NCBI RefSeq assembly: GCF_002113885.1
Contig: NW_018406720.1
Span: 860,722 to 924,721, forward strand
Reading direction: 5' to 3'
From: Mizuhopecten yessoensis
Taxonomy: Eukaryota
Length of the DNA: 64,000 nt
The notes beneath the pieces were generated by a model. It was given only the letters and a program-made list of their open reading frames with translations. It ran no database searches and was not told where the DNA came from. Positions 55,005 to 64,000 of this stretch are shown in pieces. Both the position numbers and the translations under genes were made by a program. Positions within the stretch are counted from its first letter, which is position 1; every line of letters starts with the position of its first letter.

Positions 55005-55743
55005 GTACGCTGTGAGACCATCGGGATTCAGAATCGACCACAGATCCGACAAGAGAGACACAGAAGTACACCTCCTAATTTATAGACGATTGAGCAACAT
55101 GTTTTAAACAACAGGGATAGCAACCTTTCTAGAAGACACACAGTGAGAAGCTGAGACTAAGAAAGGTAAGAATTGTTGTAGTTATTTTTATCTTCAAACA
55201 TATTGTGGGTGTTTTCTGTAATATAATAATCAACACGTACTAAGGGATTTTCAAAATTCTATTCATCTATTCAAATTTTAAAATGTATATTTTGCTTCTC
55301 GTTTCCCAATGTTGATGGTAACTGTAATAAGCTTAACAAGGACAATTACTAACCACATGCTACATATTTATTTTATTCAAACAGAAAACATTCATGATAT
55401 TTTCCTTTTTATCTGTTATTTCCTTCATTCCTGTTGTTTCGTTTTTTACGTTAATATGGTATGGGTTCCGAATGTGTTGTTTTTCCTTGTCGTTATTCAG
55501 GATTGAATGTGTTGCTTAATTTTCTCTTTCACGTAAAAACGTAAATATATAAACAATTTCTATTTTAAAACAAATAAACTAGTTTGTCGAATTGTAAATC
55601 CTCGTCGATAAGATTAATTCATTAGATAGTCGAACCTTTTCTGGCACGTGATATAATATTGTAAATCTTACGGAAAACTAATGTTAGTTTCATCTATTGT
55701 AGGATAACAGAAAAAAGTCTGGAATAATAAGATACCAGGAATT

Positions 55744-57981
55744 ATGTGTACATTTGAAGAAGATGTCGCCGCTGTTGTCATTGACAACGGAAGTGGAATG
55801 TGTAAGGCGGGTTTTGCCGGAGATGATGCGCCACGTGCAGTTTTTCCCGCCATTACGGGACGACCACGTTATGATGTGAGTGGAAAACTAGGATATACCT
55901 GTACCGTTATACATTTCATAATAAAAACATACAACAGAAGAATAACGATCATAATTTGCTTGCAAATGTTTCTGACTCAAGCAGATAAATGTTCCTTTTC
56001 ATAACCCAACAATCAAATGCTTTTTTTATTTAAGATTTACATCCTACTGTAAATACGTACACTCTCTAGCTGATACACTGTACGATATTATTTAATTATA
56101 TTGTTTGACAAACACGATTTTCTTTACTTTTACGTTTGAAAAAATCTGATTACTCAATAGGCGGTTATGGTTGGTATGGGCGGCAAAGAATGTTATGTCG
56201 GAGACGAGGCTCAGAACAAACGTGGGATTCTGTCTCTAAAGTATCCAGTGGAACACGGCATCGTCACCAACTGGGACGACATGGAGAAGATCTGGCACCA
56301 CAGCTTCTATAACGAGCTTCGTGTGGCTCCCGAGGAACATCCGGTCATGTTGACCGAGGCGCCAATAAATCCTAAGGCCAACAGAGAAAAAATGATACAG
56401 GTAAATTATTGAAAAATAGAGCAAAAATGATACAGGTAAATAAGTGGAAAAAAAGAAATAGGAAAAAATAGAAATAAATAAACCACAGCGTTAAAATATT
56501 ACAAAACGAAACCAAACGATGGATGCATCTAACAAAAGTCATATTTCCAATAAGGAAATGTTTACATCATATTGTTTTCAATCATTGCATTTTGTCATAT
56601 AACTCTCAATCATTTCTTTTGTAGATCATGTTTGAGACATTTAACACGCCCGCCTTCTACGTGGCGATACAGGCTGTGCTGTCTTTGTACGCCTCCGGAC
56701 GGACCACGGGCATCGTGTTTGATGCCGGGGATGGCGTGTCACACGTTGTACCTATATACGAGGGCTACTCTCTCCCTCACGCCATCAAACGTGTTGACCT
56801 GGCAGGTCGTGACCTCACAGCTTACCTCCAAAGGATCCTCCACGAGAGAGGATACAACTTTACAACCTCATGTAAGTCATTCAAATTATTCTTCATTATT
56901 TTATTTCTTTTACATCATTATTATTATTTATTATGATTAAGGATTTAACGTTATCGAAAATTGAAACATCTTACGAAATAACAAGCAAAACAAATTTCAA
57001 AACAGATTTAAAGCAATTATCATACAAAAGGGTATTTTGTCATTGCAGCTGAAATGGAGATTGTTCGAGATATGAAGGAGACGATGTCTTACGTCGCTCT
57101 CGACTTTGAGAGTGAGATGACGTCAGCATCAACGTCTTCTACAGTAGAGAAATCGTATGAACTACCGGATGGTGGAATTGTCACCATTGGCAACGAAAGG
57201 TTTCGGTGTCCAGAGGTTCTCTTCCAACCAGGGTTAATAGGTAAGCGGCTTTTTTTTATTATGTTTAATATGAATCATTGAAACGAAATCAAGCATTCTT
57301 CGTTGGTTTCAAATTCATCGATTAAACAAACAACTATTACCTGACGATCTTTTGTTGTCAGGAATGGAATCCAGTGGAGTTCACGAACAACTACACAACT
57401 CAGTCATGGCTTTTGGTATCGACATCCGACGAGATCTCTACAGCAATGTCGTCATGTCCGGCGGAAGTACTATGTTTCCAGGTATGTAACAATATTTACA
57501 TTGCTATTAACAACAACAAAATTTAACGATATCTTCATTTCGTTATTAGTTCTTGTATTATTAATATGGAAGTGGAATATCTGGCGACGGTATTGTATTT
57601 GATGGTTCCAGTATGTGACACTACATTAACTTCAAAGTATATAACAACAATGGAAGTTTTGTTATTTGAGAGAAAGCATCTGCAATATTCAATATTTCAA
57701 AAACTTAATTCAACTTCACTGCATATTCAGTTATATCTTATAAGTTAGATAATATTTGTCTTTCCTCTGATTCAGGTATGGCTGACCGGTTTAAGAAAGA
57801 ACTGGATGGAATCGTACCAAACAACATGAAAGTTAAGGTGATCGCACCTCCGGAGAGAAAGTATTCCGTGTGGATCGGTGGATCTATCCTGGGATCTCTA
57901 TCTACATTCCAACAGATGTGGATCTCAAAACAGGAATATGATGAATGTGGACCAGGAATTGTTCACAGGAAATGTTTCTAG
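55744..57981 (+). CDS. ACT: Divergent actin A4 (378 aa; extra substitutions T89S, L110I, K215T, C285F, D286G)
   Basis: Exons 55744-55875, 56161-56400, 56625-56871, 57049-57240, 57362-57481, 57776-57981; open frame. Confidence 0.95.
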
Positions 57982-58910
57982 ACTTAACATGGAAAGATGC
58001 CATCAATACTCTTTTAATATCTGTGATATACTGCAAATTGGATAATGAACGTGATTCACTGGTATTATTCCATGATTTATTGAACATTGAATCTGGTGCT
58101 ATGTAAACTGACAATGGAATCTGCTGCGCGATATATTGGCATCAGGATAGGTACAAAAATGATTATTTACAAATATTGTGTTGAATAGAATCATCAACAT
58201 TTACATGATGTGTGTATAATTATCGTTGAAAAACGAAATTGTGTTGAAACTGTTGCATCTGTTGTTAAACTAAGCTATTTCTGATTGACGTAAGTTGGTT
58301 TGTTTAATAAGGTACAGTTTTGTTTTGTACCGTGTTCAACTCAAGAAAGAGTGAAAAAATTACGATGCTTTTTAAAGTTTTATATAAGTTCATTAACGGT
58401 GTATAAAGTTTGCCACATTTGTAAAAGCTCATAATACATTCAATTCACGTTAAACGTGTTCACGAGTATGTTATGATATTATTTATATATATGTTTATGT
58501 TAATGTACATTAGATTCCTAGATTGTGTTGGATACATACGAAAGGATGTACTTTTTACTCGTTTTTTATTAAATGTTTCTTTATATTTTATATTTTGTTG
58601 ATAATAAAATTATTACAAAGCTTTCTGTTTTATTATATTTCTCTCGAAAAGATGTACGCTCGAAAGGATTGAATACTTGGTTAGGACTATATAAAGTAGA
58701 TCCACACTCCTGTGACGTCACTGTCCAGAACATGGCTGTATTACACCATCAAGTTAAAACTAGGAACTCGCCTTTTTATCAGGAATTTATTGAATTGTCA
58801 GAAATAACGTTGATAAATAACAACAACCTTTAAATGATACGCTTATTCCTCGAAACCTCTTACAACTATTCTTAGTTACCATTATATCAGGGTTACAGTC
58901 GTTTTGTTTT

Positions 58911-59574
58911 GCTGTAGAGCTCTCGTCAGATGTCGATATCACAAGCCATGACCGAGTTTTGCAGATGCTCGTGGATTCCGTTAACTTCCATTCCTATAGA
59001 CATATGACGGTGTTGATTATTGATGTTGGATTGAACGATTGATTCGAAAGGAAATCCATATTTAACTTTAAATGTATAATATTTAACAGTATAACAAAGG
59101 CAACCATTACCTATGAGAGCTGGTTGGAATAGAACCTCCGGACACCGAAACATTTCGTTGCCAATGGTGACAACTCTACCGTCTGGTAGTTCGTACGACT
59201 TTCGAAGACGTAGATGCTGATGTCATTTCTCTGTCAAAGTCTAGAGCCACGTAGAACATTTTCTCCTTAATGTCACGGATAATTTCCATCTCAGCTGTCA
59301 AAACACAATATACTTCTGTAGTTATTATGGTCTTGATTCAGTTAGGATCAAGCTTTGTAAAAAAAACTTCATATACTTCCTCATGCTTGTATCGTTTTGG
59401 AAAGTAATTGGTGTAGAACGATTGGATAAGGTTATCACTAACCTCATAACGTGGTCGACCCGTAATGGCAGGAAAAACTGCACGTGGCGCATCATCTACA
59501 GCAAATCATGCCTTGCACATTCCACTTCCGTTGTCAATGACAACAGGAGCAATAACGTCTACCAATGTAGACAT
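58911..59574 (-). pseudogene. Actin pseudogene A5
   Basis: Exon 1 (59574-59443) has GGA>TGA in CKA*FA; exons 2-3 missing; exon 4 (~59294-59111) has a frameshifting deletion; exon 5 is truncated at ~58911; exon 6 absent. Promoter relics at 60023-60290 (TATAAA, TTCTGAGAA, CCATAAAAGG). Confidence 0.93.
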
Positions 59575-60599
59575 GATTTCTGGTTTATTTACTACTCTGT
59601 TTACCTGCATCACAAGAAGAAACTGAAATTATTTATCGGAGAAAGGTAAAGGTATATCGCATTTGCCGGAAAAAAATTAATGAACTAAACTGTGTTTTTA
59701 TTGAATATTTGAAAGGAAAACATGGTCTTACTGTTGTTTCTTTTGCTGTGTCCCCTTATTATAACGTTACCGGGAATAAACACACACACAATGACACTGA
59801 TGCGATATTCGCGCATATTACAATAGTAACTATATATAATTTAAACCACGACAATAATTTGGTATCAAATAGGTGGTGCTATATAGATATGTAGACATCA
59901 AATGTTACTTTGTTTCTTTTTATCCGCAGCTTTACGTGCCGTTCAGTAACCTGGTATCCCTGTTATGTCCTCACATTAATTGCTCTTGTGAGAGTCTGAA
60001 TCCAAATGGTCCCACCGCGCCATTTATAGCAATGTGTCACCTCTTCTGAGAAATCTGTTGAATTTTAATCTTGTTCGGAGAATAATTTCCATAAAAGGGA
60101 GGAGAACAATGAGTAATACTGCCGACTCCTTTATAGAGGTAAGTATAACTTATCATCGATATAATTATACCAAATATAAGTAAGTTTACTCTATGACACA
60201 GCTGGCTGACACACTGCTGCCGACAATATAAACATAGGCATTGTGCTCGATGGGGTGGATTCTATACACAAAAGGTCAATACAGGTGAGTCAAATGAAAG
60301 TTGTAGGACTAACTGGTTGGTTTAAACTGTCTTAAGTAATGAAATACATGGCATGAATAGTACAAATCAGATAAGCAAACATGATGAGGAAATAAGTACG
60401 GTGTACTTCTATAAATCTCTCTCATCTTTCTAACAAACTAGTGGCCTTATAAATGACTAATATTTGATACTATTACAGGTACATGATAATAAATGAAGAA
60501 AGGTATGTGGTAAGGGACATGGACGCGGTAAGAAATGCATATTGATATTTCATGAAATTGTGTGCAATTATATCGTTATGACAACATTTGTTCGGTTTA

Positions 60600-61350
60600 C
60601 ACAATTCCATTTTATTAACGTATTTAACATTTCTACATGTTGAGCTGTTGAGATTCTAGTTTCTATAAAGCAATACATTAGTAGAGAGTTGGTAAGAAAG
60701 GCGGTCAAGGTATTAACGTCAAGAAGTTTCATGCTTGTGTCAATGTTTTAGGGAATGTTCGTTTGTTTCGAAGGCAGCAAGGCAAGAACAGATAGGACTA
60801 TCGACAAGATTTTGAAGAAGAAAGAATAATTCAAAGAACTACATTCCATGCGAAGCCTGGCATGGTGGATCCGACCAATACGGGAACCGAAGGAAGGAAT
60901 AGCAATGATATTTCTGATTTAGTAGTTCTTAAGTTTAGGAATAGACGATATATTCTTCAGGTTTCTGTCAATTTATTCCATAATTCAATACTAGCGGGGA
61001 GAAACGACTTTTGATGTTTTGATTTCTTGTTCTGTAATCGTAAATGTCGGAGTATGTTTGTGGTATAATGTATCTAAGATATGCTGGAGTCATGCGATGT
61101 ATACTTTTATGTACTTGTATAGGTTTTCCAGCCAGTTTCCTTGTTTATACGAGCGGCTTCTACTTTCTAACATTTTGGACTGAGCAATAGTTATGTCGTC
61201 CCATATTCCTTTGGTCTGATGAAAGAAATGTTAATCTTTTGAAGTGATAATCTGTCAATTATAAATTAAAATTTGCGCAGTATATTTAGCTTTCCTTATA
61301 CTATATTAACAAGATGATTTCAGCTCTAAGCCCAGATCCCGTCCCCAGAA
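60600..61350 (-). mobile_element. Degenerate CR1/L2-group LINE 3' fragment
   Basis: Minus strand at ~60885-60750 reads IHHARLRMECSSLN...LVDSPICSC...ETNEH, a LINE ORF2 C-terminal motif; boundaries approximate. Confidence 0.6.
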
Positions 61351-62294
61351 AAATAAATCTATAAGTGTGTGTTAATGTCAACTTCCTTTACGATAATATA
61401 GTTCATATTCTTTTCTCTTTTAACATCCAACTATGAAAATTGTGATCAGATATTTTCATTTGAAGTCCATCATAAGTCTTCTAACGTATGATTTTCACCT
61501 ATGTTTACACTGTTTAACATTCTTATAAATAAATGTGGGATTAATTCTTTTGTGTCGACTTACTGTGTATTGTGTATGTGTATTGGCTTTTACACGTTGA
61601 GTACTTCGGAATGTTCATATATGTTATTGTACCATTGTGTCAGTGTTAGTTCAAATCGATAAGTATATAAATGGTAAAAAAAGAAAAGAAAAAGAAAAAC
61701 GAAAAGAAATAAGAATTTAATAAGGCACATATGAATAAAGGAAATATTAAGCGAAATATTGTGTGGTTTCAAAACGTTTCCAGTTTGATTTCTTTGTCGG
61801 TGATCTTAACTTTGTCTGTCTGTTCTTATAAACAGGTAACAGGAATTTAGACAGCTGAACTAATGTCAGATGATGATAAATGTTTAAACAAATGAAACGA
61901 TTTTACTAGTTTTGATATTTTTTAACAAACAAATAATTCTCAACAGACAAAATAACCTTATAATGCAAAATATAGGATTTGCCTAACCGAATGGTTTCCG
62001 GTTATAGGTTTACTATTGAGATTCAGTAAGCTGTGATGCTAATAAACATAAACACAAGATATTTGGTATAAAATTACGTTTTTAATAATCATATAAAATA
62101 CATCACTGATCGAACTGATATTTCTATTACTGATTGGATCAATCTGACGAAATCTGTTTAAAGAAATGATCTGACGTGGTTGTAGGAAGAAGAAAGTATT
62201 GGAGCATTGGAGAACATGTCACAACGATTCATTTCGTAATTTTAATTTTCCACCAAGTTCTTTTACGCTCCTTTCCTTTGTTAGAGTCATTGCT

Positions 62295-62575
62295 GTGATA
62301 TGGTGCCACCACGCTGGTTGTAGGTTACATATGTCTCTCGAGTTTTATAGGTGTCATAGGATGACACAATTTTTATGCTGGTCGTAGGTTATATATAACT
62401 CCAGTGTTATAGATGTGATATGATGACACCACGCTGGTTGTAGGTTACATATGACTCTCGAGTTTTATAGGTGTCATAGGATGACACAATGCTGGTTGTA
62501 GGTTATATATGACTGTCAAGTGTTACATTTGTGATATGGTGACACCACGTTGACTGTCAGTTACATATGACTGTC
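62295..62575. repeat. ~58-bp tandem repeat in 3'UTR, containing copies of the stop-codon context
   Basis: Units gctggttgtaggttacatatgact...; ttacatatgactgtc is the CDS end at 62561-62575. Confidence 0.75.
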
Positions 62576-62856
62576 CAGTTGTACAGGTGTCTCGGAACTG
62601 CTCGACAAGTCATGTTCCACACTTATTGATTGGTGGTTACTTGAGTAGCTCGGTGGTGCCGATGCGACTTTTCCATTTCCAGTTCCGCTTGACCCCGGAA
62701 TTGGCCAAACAGAATGAACATGTCCCGATCTTAAGAGGGGTCCAGATCCGGAGGCATAATGGGTATCCTCTGAGTATTTCGGAGGCTCTGGTGTGTAGGG
62801 AGGAAGGCTGGTCGCATTGTGTAGGAACAATCTGGATTCCCCCGGGGGTACAACCA
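62561..62856 (-). CDS. Terminal exon of a PPxY-motif protein (gene enters from the right edge)
   Basis: Acceptor cctgtag at 62857 (phase 1). LPPY, PPKY and PPSY motifs, then TAA. Candidate upstream exon ~63902-63814 (donor gtaagt, phase 1). Confidence 0.7.
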
Positions 62857-62870
62857 CTACAGGTGTTCAG

Positions 62871-63000
62871 AAAATAATCATAGTATTAATAAGATAAAAG
62901 CAAAATAATCATAGTATTAATAAAAGCAAAATAATCATAGTATTAATAAGATAAAAGCAAAATAATCATAGTATTAATAAGACAAAAGCAAAATAATCAC
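62871..63000. repeat. ~31-bp tandem repeat x4 abutting the splice acceptor
   Basis: Unit aaaataatcatagtattaataagataaaagc. Confidence 0.88.
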
Positions 63001-64000
63001 TAGAAATATATAAGAAGAAAAACAACTCTTTTAAATTTAGTATGTTGAAGAAAATATAACATATTAATGCCACCCTGGTAAAATACTAGCAGCTTCATAT
63101 CAATACTGCTAGGGGATGGGGGGTTTAGCTCAGTAGGTAGATCGTCGGACAGGTGAACTAGATTTCCTTGATTTTCCTGTTTAGACCCGTAGTGGAGAGG
63201 CATTCATTAAGTAATGACCCCTGTTACATGAAGAATATAATCATCTATAAAAATATGTTTTCATTTTGCTACATATATTGTCACATGGTTTCTTTACCGA
63301 AGAATGTCTATCATTTCCCCCAGTTTGTCAACTCCCTGAGCATCTATAACACGACATAGTTTTTGGTCAGATATAAGTGGTCTGTCTCTCTACCGAATGA
63401 GCTTAAGAGAAATCTCCCTATCAAAGTCGGAAGAAAGGGGCGAGTATCTTACCAAACTATTATTATATATTGATAAAATATAATTTGGTTAAAAAGTTGT
63501 CAATAGATCTGTTTGAATCGTTCATATTCGGTTGATAAATGCATCACCTATCTGACTCATCCTTCATAAAACACTTATATCGGTAACTCGATAATGTTAT
63601 AAGCACGGTGTTAAATAAGACGTTTGAAAACTCGAAAGCATTGTTTACCATGCTGTTCAACTGTAGATAGTTCTTTTTAGAGTAAAAAAAAACGGCAACT
63701 GAATTTAGATAGACGTTAAAATCTTGTAACAAACGTCTCTCGTTGTCATACCCGGTTGCATAAAATATAACTCGGAAAAAAATTACAACGAGTGCAAAAA
63801 TAAACAAACTTACGGAGAGGTCGAAGCTGAAGTAACTTTAACAAAAGTAATTCCTTTTCTAGCCACTTTGTCTTGTTGTTTAAATGCCTGCTCTAGTTTT
63901 GCCTGACGATATAGATGTTAAACATAGTCATTTTAAAAGCATTAATTTCCACGTACCGTAAGTGATAGACGATGCCCTGCTGTCCCGGGGGTCGGGCGGC

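Larger units (their letters stand above)
34490..58908. repeat. Tandem segmental duplication: ~34490-44995 matches ~49104-58908
   Basis: Colinear identity across both actin genes, introns, intergenic spacer and flanks; offset ~14-14.8 kb. Copy 2 lacks ~44295-44818. Confidence 0.93.

Noticed and set aside
35738-57981. Calling the genes Arp1/centractin or another Arp
   Set aside because: No Arp-type insertions; length 378 aa; motifs [12 protein letters not shown] and IVHRKCF are those of true actin.
34490-58908. Tandem duplication as an uncollapsed-haplotype artefact
   Set aside because: Copies differ by many indels, diverged intergenic blocks and complementary pseudogene remnants, which favours true paralogy. 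Long reads are needed to exclude the artefact fully.
63957-64000. Possible further exon of the right-hand PPxY gene (donor gtacgt)
   Set aside because: The implied intron is only ~54 bp and the frame is ambiguous; cannot be resolved at the window edge.

Overview
AT-rich animal genomic DNA with spliceosomal introns. The V-domain SINE and the Helentron-type ~160-bp satellite element suggest a bivalve mollusc (inference). From left to right the window holds: (1) the 5' part of a NIMA/NEK4-like kinase gene (minus strand, 7 exons, running off the left edge) with minisatellite-filled introns; (2) an internally deleted Ty3/Gypsy LTR element ~230 bp upstream of the kinase ATG, plus SINEs and MITEs; (3) two tandem copies and one fragment of a 4-exon gene, not resolved by the ORF track, encoding a ~150-158 aa protein with signal peptide, six-Cys module, single TM helix and PPxY tail (Shisa/CYYR1/WBP1-like); (4) a cluster of unusually divergent actin genes, made of two head-to-head pairs (A1-/A2+, A3-/A4+) from an inverted and then a tandem duplication, plus two complementary halves of a dead third paralog; (5) the last exon of another PPxY protein. 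The most notable signal is in the actins. All four keep the ATPase core but share D187A and R206M in the latrunculin pocket, a remodelled D-loop and an unusual N-terminus. They also keep five ancient intron positions, share a CArG/MEF2/E-box/AP-1/STAT-like promoter, and show signs of gene conversion.
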